From a virus, in IMG/VR virus record IMGVR_UViG_3300048998_000125, positions 1 through 39,994 of that record: a stretch of DNA of 39,994 bases. The stretch is one strand, 5' to 3'. Made by a program: the position numbers and the translations under genes. The stretch's first letter is position 1, and each line of letters begins with the position of its first letter. Below are positions 15,150 to 22,119 of the stretch, piece after piece. The notes under the pieces were generated by a model. It was not told the origin of the DNA. It saw only the letters and a list, made by a program, of their open reading frames with translations, and did no database searches.

Positions 15150-15689
15150 TCATGCAAACATCCTTGTTTGCGGTTGGTCGGTAGCTTCCTGCCGCGAGTT
15201 GGTCAGCGGGACGTAGTAGCCCTCGATGCCGGACTGGTGCAGCGCCGCTGCGTTCTGCGAACCGTAGGCAACCAATACCGACGGGGCACCGGCTGGACCT
15301 GCAGCTGAGCCGCCCGGAAGGTGGAACTTTATGCGGCCGGCAATGAACAGCATCGCGTCGGCCTTTTTCCAGCACCACTCCTGAAATGCTCGCGTTTCCG
15401 TTCGGGCGAAAATCAGCGCGATGCCATTGCCGTGCGCCGCCATGCGCTTGAGGAACTTCTCGGCGTGCGGCCCGTAGGGTGGATTGCACCAGACTCGGCC
15501 ATGCCATTCGCGGGATAGCCCGTCGTCCTCGATCGTGAATTGCGCCGCCGCCGTGCGCCATGGCTGGTGCTGGCTGGCGCAAGGGTCTAAGTCGAACGGG
15601 CCGAGCGCTTCGAGCAAACCGGGGGGGGTAAGCCAGTCGTGCGTGGTCGCGCCGCTACCGTCGCCGCCGGTTTCAAAGGTCGAATTCAC
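15150..15689 (-). CDS. Phage Dam-type DNA N6-adenine methyltransferase
   Basis: GTG 15689 forms a GTGA overlap with the upstream gene. DWLTPPGLLEALGPFDLDPCA...DGLSREWHGRVWCNPPYG carries the NPPY motif and matches the phage Dam family pattern. Confidence 0.85.
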   Translation of the reverse strand: MNSTFETGGDGSGATTHDWLTPPGLLEALGPFDLDPCASQHQPWRTAAAQFTIEDDGLSREWHGRVWCNPPYGPHAEKFLKRMAAHGNGIALIFARTETRAFQEWCWKKADAMLFIAGRIKFHLPGGSAAGPAGAPSVLVAYGSQNAAALHQSGIEGYYVPLTNSRQEATDQPQTRMFA

Positions 15690-16279
15690 TGCTCGCACCC
15701 CTTCCCGACCTGCCCAGGCTGCCCCGGCGCAGTGAATTTTTTCCAGTGAATCCAGCCGCGGTCCGGGCAATGGAATCCCCACTCGCGTACCACCGGCCCG
15801 GTCAGGAAAAGCGTCCAGCAGTCGCCGTCGTGCAGCTCAATGCGGTGCGGCGACGCGCCCCAGCGGAACGTCCAGTCGCCGGCCTTCATGATCCTGCGCT
15901 CGACCACTCCGCCGGCGAGGATGCGATGCTGGGTGTAGGAACCGCGCAGCACCAGCGTGAAGTTAAACAGCCATGGGTGGCCATGGTGCGCCCGGTCGTC
16001 GTCGCTGCGCTTGAAGCAATGCAGGTAGGCGTTGGCGACCTTGTTGCGTGCGATAAGCCACCAGCGCAGCAGGTACGGTTCGGACGGGCTGCCGATGATG
16101 AAGTCCGGCGCCCGGCGCTCGGCGCGGGTAATCACCGCGACGTCTTCCGGATCGGTGACGGCGCCCATGTTGTACCAGCGGTACCCGCCTTCGTTCTCGA
16201 TGCCGCACATGCATTCGATGTCGCTGCGCGCGGTCTCGTCGGCCAGTTCGAAGGCTAGCTCTGTCGTGCGGTCGGTCAT
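15686..16279 (-). CDS. Conserved phage protein with HHGHPW (cupin-like metal-binding) motif, function unknown
   Basis: ATG 16279 forms an ATGA overlap with the C5-MTase stop. YLLRWWLIARNK..YLHCFKRSDDDRAHHGHPWLFNFTLVLRGSYTQH...GASPHRIEL...WTLFLTGP..REWGFH. Confidence 0.6.
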   Translation of the reverse strand: MTDRTTELAFELADETARSDIECMCGIENEGGYRWYNMGAVTDPEDVAVITRAERRAPDFIIGSPSEPYLLRWWLIARNKVANAYLHCFKRSDDDRAHHGHPWLFNFTLVLRGSYTQHRILAGGVVERRIMKAGDWTFRWGASPHRIELHDGDCWTLFLTGPVVREWGFHCPDRGWIHWKKFTAPGQPGQVGKGCEQ

Positions 16280-18354
16280 GCTGCTCTCACGATCTGGCGC
16301 TCGTGCGCGAAGTTGGCTTGAATCAGCGCGCGCGCCATCGGCGGGCAGACGCTGTTGCCGCACATCCGGACTTGCGCGCTCTTGGTCAGCGGTCGCCACG
16401 GGATGCTGTGGATGTCCTCCACCTGCTCACCGTCGACGAACAGCTTTTCCCAGTCCGGAACGCTGTCGATGATGTAGTCCGCATTGAAGCCTTGCGCGCG
16501 GAACAGTTCCGGCGGCGCCAGCATGCGCAGTCCGATGTCGACGATCTGATAGTCCTGGCCCGCGATTGTCACCAGGCCGTAACGGTCCTTGGTGGTGACC
16601 GTGTGCAGCGGCTCCTCAAGGCGCGGGTCTTGGTCGGTGCCGTAATACTTCAGCAGGAAGGCGCGGACCTCGGCGTGGTGCAGTCCGCCCGCACTGACCG
16701 TGCTCAGCGGCTCATCGGCTGCTGCGGCGTTGCTGGTGCCACGTAGTTTGACTAGGTGACTGGCCACCAGCCGCGACTTCCCGCCGCCGCCAGCCGTCAC
16801 GGTACCGAGCGGGTCATCGGCACCGTGCCCGACGCTCTGGCCCATGTCGCGCTGAATGTGAGCCGTAACAAGGCTGTGGTGATCGCTGGACGTCACGGTG
16901 CCGATTGGGTCTTCCAGGTCGGACCCGACCACGCCGGTATAATGCTTGGCCAGGAACGCCGATACCAGCGCCTGGTTGCCGGTGCCGGCGACCGTGCCGA
17001 ATGGGGTTTCAATGTCCTTGTGCCCTTGGCCCCAGCGCTTGACGCCGGACGGGGAAACGTCCGCATGCGCCGCATCGACCAGCAACGCTGAAACGACGGC
17101 TGCCTTGCCGCTCCCGACAACTGTTCCGAGCGGCTTTTCGATGTCCAGAGCACGCGGCGCTTGGCCATCACGTTCGCCATAACCAGTCTGCACCATTGTT
17201 GCGGCAACGACGGCGGTGTCGTATTTCGAGGTCGCGGTAGCGGTCGGCTCGTCCACGCCACGCGGCCGGCTCTGACCAGCCCGGCCGCCGACGCCGGTCA
17301 ATACGGCCGTCATGACAGCTCTATGGTTTTCCGTCGGCAGCGTGCCTAACGGTTGATTGGCGGATACGGGTTTCCCAGAGTAGGCCGGACCGCCTTGGCC
17401 AAGAATGACCGGCACTATGGTTGGCTCCACCACGGAAAAGCCGTTGCTGGACATGATTGTGCGGACCGGCTCGTCTGAACCCCAAACGTTGGGCCCTCTG
17501 CCGGTCGTCTTGCTGTTAGCCGTATTGACAATGAAAGGGCTGGGGGAATTCACTACGTAGCGCATGATCCCCTTGGCGATCCGGCGCAGCGTGGCCTCGG
17601 CAAGCGGCTTCTTGCGGTCGAAGATCGACGGGCAGGGTAGGGACCAGTCAATGCACTCAGCGGCCGTGCGGTACGGCTGCAGCTTGCCGGCCTTGACGCC
17701 CAGGCTGTCTGGCGCGCCGTGCGTCGGCTCCGGCCACTGGATTGGTATCCCATCGCGGCGGGCCACCATGAAGAAGCGTTTTCGAATCGTTGGCGTGTCG
17801 TGATCGCATGCGCGCAGTTCGCGCCAGTCGACATCGTAGCCGTGCCCCTTCAACTGGCGCACGAAGCTTTCGAAGGTCTTGCCCTTCTTGGCCGGGTCAG
17901 GCATCCAGGTTTCTTGACCGTCGACCACCTTTACCAGCAGCGGGCCCCAGGTCTTAAATTCTTCGACGTTTTCCAGCATGATCACGCGCGGCTTGCACTT
18001 CGCGGCCCAGCGCAGGGTCACCCAGGCCAGCCCGCGAATCTTCTTCTCGACCGGCTTGCCGCCCTTGGCCTTGGAGAAGTGCTTGCAGTCCGGCGACAGC
18101 CACACCAGACCGACAGGCTGGTTGCCAGTGACCTTGATCGGGTCGACGTCCCAGACGCTTTCGCACAGGTGCTTTGTGTGCGGGTGATTCGCGGCGTGCA
18201 TAGCAAGCGCTTCCGGGTCGTGATTGATCGCGATGTCGACCGGCCGCCCAAAAGCTTGTTCCAGGCCTTCACTGGTGCCGCCGCCGCCGGCGAAGTTGTC
18301 GATTATCAGTTCGTCGGCGAGGCCGAGCGGTAACGTGAATTCGTCGCGTTTCAT
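16276..18354 (-). CDS. DNA (cytosine-5) methyltransferase with nine tandem TRD-like modules
   Basis: Motif I is DNFAGGGG, motif IV SPDCKHFS, motif VI ENVEEF and motif VIII TIRKRFFMVA. Near the C-terminus are RMLAPPELFRAQGF and motif X GNSVCPP. Residues ~293-600 contain nine repeats of [DE]-x-P-[LIF]-x-T-[VIL] ... LV. Confidence 0.9.
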   Translation of the reverse strand: MKRDEFTLPLGLADELIIDNFAGGGGTSEGLEQAFGRPVDIAINHDPEALAMHAANHPHTKHLCESVWDVDPIKVTGNQPVGLVWLSPDCKHFSKAKGGKPVEKKIRGLAWVTLRWAAKCKPRVIMLENVEEFKTWGPLLVKVVDGQETWMPDPAKKGKTFESFVRQLKGHGYDVDWRELRACDHDTPTIRKRFFMVARRDGIPIQWPEPTHGAPDSLGVKAGKLQPYRTAAECIDWSLPCPSIFDRKKPLAEATLRRIAKGIMRYVVNSPSPFIVNTANSKTTGRGPNVWGSDEPVRTIMSSNGFSVVEPTIVPVILGQGGPAYSGKPVSANQPLGTLPTENHRAVMTAVLTGVGGRAGQSRPRGVDEPTATATSKYDTAVVAATMVQTGYGERDGQAPRALDIEKPLGTVVGSGKAAVVSALLVDAAHADVSPSGVKRWGQGHKDIETPFGTVAGTGNQALVSAFLAKHYTGVVGSDLEDPIGTVTSSDHHSLVTAHIQRDMGQSVGHGADDPLGTVTAGGGGKSRLVASHLVKLRGTSNAAAADEPLSTVSAGGLHHAEVRAFLLKYYGTDQDPRLEEPLHTVTTKDRYGLVTIAGQDYQIVDIGLRMLAPPELFRAQGFNADYIIDSVPDWEKLFVDGEQVEDIHSIPWRPLTKSAQVRMCGNSVCPPMARALIQANFAHERQIVRAA

Positions 18355-18465
18355 CGTGATCCCTGGACGTCGTTAAAAAGGTGGAGCTACTACCCAACAA
18401 CCGTCTGCGCGCCGCGGTTGGAAGAGAGGAAGGCAACCGGCTGCCGGGGTTCGCTCCGTTGATCG

Positions 18466-18816
18466 TTATGCTGATTTGAGGCTTTCGCGCAGTAGGCGCA
18501 GCCAGGTGTTGCGCTGTTCGGTCCGCGCGACTTCCTCGGCGTGCTGCTTGGTGAAGTAATCGATGTCGCGCTGCGCCTCGCCGATGCGCGCCTGCAGCCA
18601 TTGCTGGCCGGTCATCAGCACCGGCGGCGGGTAATGGCTGGCGTCACAGTCCATTGCGATGGTGTCGGATAGCTGATCGATCATGAACGCCTGGAACGGC
18701 GCGTCCATCGGGTCATCACGCATCGGGATGGTGGCGCCCATGGCTCGCGCGCACATCATGGCGAACTGTTCGAACGTCATTTCCGCTGTAATCCTTGCTG
18801 TGTATCCGGTTGCCAT
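18466..18816 (-). CDS. Hypothetical protein, 116 aa
   Basis: ATG 18816 lies 6 nt after GGGAG. Composition is normal and no motif was recognised. Confidence 0.6.
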   Translation of the reverse strand: MATGYTARITAEMTFEQFAMMCARAMGATIPMRDDPMDAPFQAFMIDQLSDTIAMDCDASHYPPPVLMTGQQWLQARIGEAQRDIDYFTKQHAEEVARTEQRNTWLRLLRESLKSA

Positions 18817-18907
18817 TCGTCGCTCCCTGGTTAAATTCGTTGACCGTCTTTCCGGCCTGTCATCCCGACTGTGCCTTTACGCCGAACTGTCTCGGGAATT
18901 CCCGGCG

Positions 18908-18994
18908 TGTTGGTGGCGTGGAATCGAACCAAACTCACGTCCGCCTATGTGCAACATCTGCATAAACTGCGCTCTACCCATGAGCTACACCAAC
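18908..18994 (-). ncRNA. tRNA-like element lacking an anticodon loop (tRNA mimic or decayed tRNA)
   Basis: The minus strand reads GTTGGTG TA GCTC ATGGGTA GAGC G ... GTTTGG TTCGATT CCACGC CACCAAC A. It has a perfect 7-bp acceptor stem, a canonical D-arm with U8 and GG, and a consensus T-loop. The anticodon arm is replaced by a ~10-bp helix (GUUUAUGCAG/UUGCA-CA-UAGGC) capped by an AUG triloop. No CCA is encoded. Confidence 0.6.
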
Positions 18995-19157
18995 AAGGCA
19001 GCGGGCCGGACGTTACCCCGGCGATGTGTTCACAGTCTGGCCTTTCGGCTCTCAGTTTCTGCTTGGCCACCTGCCTGCCTTTACCCGTTGTTTTCTGTGT
19101 CCGGGTATCCCACTGCGCGTGTCTCCGAATCTCCACGCCGCCGCTGCCTTGTTGGTG
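18988..19157. repeat. Perfect 17-bp long-range inverted repeat (arms 18988-19004 and 19141-19157, 136-nt spacer)
   Basis: CACCAACAAGGCAGCGG pairs with CCGCTGCCTTGTTGGTG. One arm contains the 5' acceptor strand of the tRNA-like element. Confidence 0.9.
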
Positions 19158-19282
19158 CCGGTCTTTCCCGGCTGTATAGACTTTGCCCGCTGACTGGTGG
19201 CTGCCAATGGCGCTGCGCCGTCTGTGCCTTTCTAACTTCCCGCCCTAGCATGTAGGCCGCACTTTGGGGATCGCTGAGTTAG

Positions 19283-19304
19283 CAAAATAAGGGAGCCGCC
19301 CTTA
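19283..19304 (-). terminator. Weak intrinsic terminator-like hairpin inside the non-coding gap
   Basis: The minus strand reads UAAGGG-CGGCU-CCCUUA followed by UUUUG. The stem is 6 bp and the U-tract is short. Confidence 0.35.
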
Positions 19305-19429
19305 CCGCCCTCTGCCTCGGAGAATCCTGCTCGCAACACTCTCCGCGGAAGGCCGGTCTCTCCCGGCTGTCACCCAATTGACAGGGTTTGTCCCCTTACG
19401 GGCTATGGCACTGAGTGCCAATGAAACCG

Positions 19430-19630
19430 CTATGCCGTTGCTTCGGATTTGCTGCAGGTCGGGAACGGCCAAGCCGCCGCGGGATTGAGCACCGTCTTGA
19501 CTCCGGGCTGCTCGTCTTCCGGCTGCGCGCTGCAGCTGATGTCGGCGGCCGGCTTGCGCGCATCCCCGTTCAGTTCGCTGCGCGGGTTGAAATTGGTCAT
19601 GCGGACGGTCTGTTTCTGGAGGTCGAACAT
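19430..19630 (-). CDS. Hypothetical 66-aa protein (possibly an N-terminal remnant)
   Basis: TGATG coupling to the upstream ORF. MFDLQKQTVRMTNFNPRSELNGDARKPAADISCS looks protein-like, but the C-terminal third (AAAWPFPTCSKSEATA) is less convincing. Confidence 0.4.
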   Translation of the reverse strand: MFDLQKQTVRMTNFNPRSELNGDARKPAADISCSAQPEDEQPGVKTVLNPAAAWPFPTCSKSEATA

Positions 19631-19923
19631 CAGGTGCTCCCTTCGGTGGTGGAAAACTCAATAAACGGTCGGCGGATAATCTGATTCAGCCGTGCAATCG
19701 CCTCGGGATCGCGGTCGAACTCGGCGCGGGATTTCACCTCGCACAGCGTGCGCACCACGTGCACCGCCGACGGTTCGTCCTTGACCTGCAGGAACCGCCA
19801 GAACAGCGGATCGCGGCAGCGGAGGGCAACCCAGTCGACAGGCGCGTAATGGCCATGGTCAGCCGCCGATTTCTTCCCGGCGCTTCTTGGCCAGGTCGTA
19901 CAGCTCGTTTTGCGTCTCGACAT
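19630..19923 (-). CDS. Hypothetical protein, 97 aa
   Basis: The only in-frame start is ATG 19923, which overlaps the recT 3' end by 65 nt. The conserved-looking core is DPLFWRFLQVKDEPSAVHVVRTLCEVKSRAEFDRDPEAIARLNQII. Confidence 0.55.
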   Translation of the reverse strand: MSRRKTSCTTWPRSAGKKSAADHGHYAPVDWVALRCRDPLFWRFLQVKDEPSAVHVVRTLCEVKSRAEFDRDPEAIARLNQIIRRPFIEFSTTEGST

Positions 19924-20875
19924 CTTCGACGGTACGGATTTCGTCCATCACGATGTCGAGGATTTCGCCGCTGGTGCTGGCAGCGATCTGCGCTTTAAGT
20001 GCCGCAATCGAGTCGTGCTGCTGGTCGCCTGCGCCGCCGCCGCTGTCGCCGCCGATCTGGCTTTGCTGCTCGACTTCGGTAAAGTTGCCGTCGATGATCG
20101 AACCGTTTTGCTGGCTGATCCCGGCCTCGGCCATTTCATCAATGCCGACGGCGCGCTGCATTTCGATGGATACCGGCAGGAACTTGAACAGGCGACGTAC
20201 TACGGTCTTGATCGCCATGGCTGGATAGTCCGTCACCCAGGGGCCGTTGTCGGCGGACTTGCTGCGCGCCCGGATGCCATCCACTTCGGCGCGCGACATG
20301 ACGTCGAACTGGATGCCGCCGTCTTTCAGCTTGGCCACGGCGTAGACGAACTTCAACAGTTCCGGCTTGCTGCGATTCGGGTTTTGCCAGTCCGGCTCAT
20401 GATTAAGCTTTGCGTCCAGGCCGAGCACGCAGTCGAATTTGTCGCCCTCGTAGACGGCGCGCGCGTCGATGCTCACGATCTGGCCGGACCGGCGCGCCAG
20501 GTCGATCATGCCGCGATAGCCGATGATGACTTGCGCTTCGGTGCGAGTTACCTTCCACTGCCCGCCAACCTTTTCCCGCTTGTCGAACGGCAGGATATAG
20601 GCATGGCCGAGCGCATTACCCGGCTCAAGGCCCAGCTGCGCGCACTGGATTACGGCGCCGAGGAACGACATCGGGTCGCACTGCGCCAGCTTCGGCACCT
20701 TGCGCATTTCGGTGGTGGCGATGCGCGCCATACGCTCAGCGGTCATGTGACGCGGCAGGGCGACCTTGAGCTGCGCCTGCACCTTCGGGCTGGCCATCAG
20801 GTGCGCCAGGTCTTTGGGTTGTTCCTCGGCTGCTTCCTTGCCGGTGGCAACGGTTTTCAATGCGGATGCACTCAT
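19859..20875 (-). CDS. recT: RecT-family single-strand annealing recombinase
   Basis: ALPRHMTAERMARIATTEMRKVPKLAQCDPMSFLGAVIQCAQLGLEPGNALGHAYILPF is a typical RecT core. It lies immediately downstream of the YqaJ exonuclease. Confidence 0.9.
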   Translation of the reverse strand: MSASALKTVATGKEAAEEQPKDLAHLMASPKVQAQLKVALPRHMTAERMARIATTEMRKVPKLAQCDPMSFLGAVIQCAQLGLEPGNALGHAYILPFDKREKVGGQWKVTRTEAQVIIGYRGMIDLARRSGQIVSIDARAVYEGDKFDCVLGLDAKLNHEPDWQNPNRSKPELLKFVYAVAKLKDGGIQFDVMSRAEVDGIRARSKSADNGPWVTDYPAMAIKTVVRRLFKFLPVSIEMQRAVGIDEMAEAGISQQNGSIIDGNFTEVEQQSQIGGDSGGGAGDQQHDSIAALKAQIAASTSGEILDIVMDEIRTVEDVETQNELYDLAKKRREEIGG

Positions 20876-20876
20876 T

Positions 20877-21866
20877 TCAATTTCCTTTTTTTAACCGCAG
20901 CACGCGGGTGGTTGAAACCTTGGTGTATTGCCGGGCGATGTCCGGCTGCTCTTCCTGCAATTTTTTGACTTCCAGCCGGGCGGCCGACTGCGCCTTCCAG
21001 GTTGCGATTTCCTGGCCGCCGAATTTCAGAACGGCGAAGGGGTTGATGAAGTCGGCAATGTGGAACTTGAGCCGCTCTTCCTCCGCTTCAAGCGCCGATA
21101 TGCGCGCCTTCACGTCGGCAAGCTGGCGCACCATGACGGCGACCTCCGGCGAAGTGTCTACGGACAGGCCGTTGTCGAGCGGGAAAAGCAGCTTCACGTC
21201 ATCGAAGCGGACCGTGTCCGGCGGAGTGTCGCCGAGCACGCACTCGTTCCAGAATTCGACTTCCTTGGCGCGCATCGCCGTGATGGTCTCGTCGTCGCGC
21301 CGCACCCAGTAAATGTCGACGTCGTCAAAGCTGCGCAGCGCGGCAACCAGGCACAGTTGGCGATTGCCAGGCGTGACCATCAAGCCGTGCATGAACTGGG
21401 CGGCATACTCGATCGGTACGTCCTCGGTGTTCTCGGCGCCCCATTTCTTCCTGGCGAAGCCGGTGACGCTCTTGGCGTCGCAGTTGACCACTTCGTTTTC
21501 CAGCTCGACGACCTCTTCGCCGATCTCGACCGCGCCGGTCAAGCGCAGCTCGAAGTCGATCTCGCACGTCATGAATGGATGTTCCGGGTCGATGTACCGC
21601 GCATTGGTGGCGAGCAGCTCGACGGTGACGCCCTGGTCGCGCAGCTTGTCGATCACCATGTCGCGGATGAACGGCTCAAGCTTGTGACCGCGGTCGAACA
21701 TCCGCTGGCGCACGTCATCGATCACCTCCGGTTCGGCGCGGCCAGTCTTTGCCAGCCACAGTTCCACCGGCGTCTTGTACGGGCTGACGCCGAGGATCGC
21801 AGCGGCATCACTGCCGCCAATGTATTTCGAGCGGTCATGCACAATAGGATCGGTAACGGCGTTCAT
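20877..21866 (-). CDS. YqaJ-type (lambda-Exo-like PD-(D/E)XK) recombination exonuclease
   Basis: ATG 21866 (M22 of the track ORF). The N-terminal signature is YIGGSDAAAILGVSPYKTPVELWLAKTG. 329 aa. Confidence 0.85.
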   Translation of the reverse strand: MNAVTDPIVHDRSKYIGGSDAAAILGVSPYKTPVELWLAKTGRAEPEVIDDVRQRMFDRGHKLEPFIRDMVIDKLRDQGVTVELLATNARYIDPEHPFMTCEIDFELRLTGAVEIGEEVVELENEVVNCDAKSVTGFARKKWGAENTEDVPIEYAAQFMHGLMVTPGNRQLCLVAALRSFDDVDIYWVRRDDETITAMRAKEVEFWNECVLGDTPPDTVRFDDVKLLFPLDNGLSVDTSPEVAVMVRQLADVKARISALEAEEERLKFHIADFINPFAVLKFGGQEIATWKAQSAARLEVKKLQEEQPDIARQYTKVSTTRVLRLKKGN

Positions 21867-21967
21867 AGAATCGGCTCCCTCAGCGCGCGCGCTGCCTCGC
21901 GGATCGACGCAAGACGCCGCCGGCCGCAAGCGCGGTAGTAGAAGTAAAGGCGGACGAAAGCTTTCAT
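21863..21967 (-). CDS. 34-aa micro-ORF, translationally coupled on both sides
   Basis: MKAFVRLYFYYRACGRRRLASIREAARALREPIL, with ATGA overlaps at both ends. Confidence 0.3.
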   Translation of the reverse strand: MKAFVRLYFYYRACGRRRLASIREAARALREPIL

Positions 21968-22119
21968 GCGCGCACCTCGCCCTTGAACAGAACGGAAATG
22001 GCGGCGAGCGGGAATTGCGCCTGTGCGGCTTCGTACAGGTCCCAGGTGGACTTGCCGATAGCCGGGTAGATGAACGCCGGCTGCTCTGCCGTGCGGATGG
22101 TGACGACGGCGCGGATCAC
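21964..22119 (-). CDS. 51-aa ORF, translationally coupled
   Basis: GTG 22119 forms a GTGA overlap with the upstream stop. VIRAVVTIRTAEQPAFIYPAIGKSTWDLYEAAQAQFPLAAISVLFKGEVRA. Confidence 0.4.
   Translation of the reverse strand: MIRAVVTIRTAEQPAFIYPAIGKSTWDLYEAAQAQFPLAAISVLFKGEVRA

Larger units (their letters stand above)
18841..19370 (-). repeat. Three dispersed copies of a ~20-nt hairpin motif ACAGCCGGGARAGACCGGC (RNA sense, minus strand)
   Basis: Plus-strand copies are ggccggtctctcccggctgt (19351-19370), tgccggtctttcccggctgt (19156-19175; 18/20 versus the first) and the degenerate tgaccgtctttccggcctgt (18841-18860; 16/20). A second repeat, cg-n-ctgtgccttt, occurs at 18866-18878 and 19219-19231. 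Confidence 0.7.

Noticed and set aside
15153-15172. Hairpin GCAAACA-TCCT-TGTTTGC as a bidirectional intrinsic terminator between the convergent Dam and plus-strand membrane genes
   Set aside because: There is no U-tract on either strand, and it lies inside the Dam coding sequence. It may still stabilise the 3' end of the plus-strand mRNA, so it is mentioned under that finding only.
18908-18994. Reading the tRNA-like element as a normal tRNA gene, including class II with a long variable arm or a tRNA-Sec-like 8/5 fold
   Set aside because: I tried every register between the D and T arms. No 5-bp stem with a 7-nt loop, U33 and a purine at position 37 exists. The best candidate (GCAGU/UUAUGCA/GAUGU) has a G.A mismatch, two G.U pairs and C37. 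It is therefore reported as a tRNA mimic or pseudo-tRNA, not as a tRNA.
18817-19429. tmRNA, RNase P RNA, group I intron, or retron msr/msd as the identity of the structured region
   Set aside because: There is no resume-codon or tag reading frame, and no 5' GGGG...acceptor pairing with a distant 3' CCA end. The RNase P P4/GGAAAGUCCGG core is absent, no reverse transcriptase is encoded in the genome, and the region is too short and lacks a P7-like G-binding site by eye. A covariance-model search is still needed.
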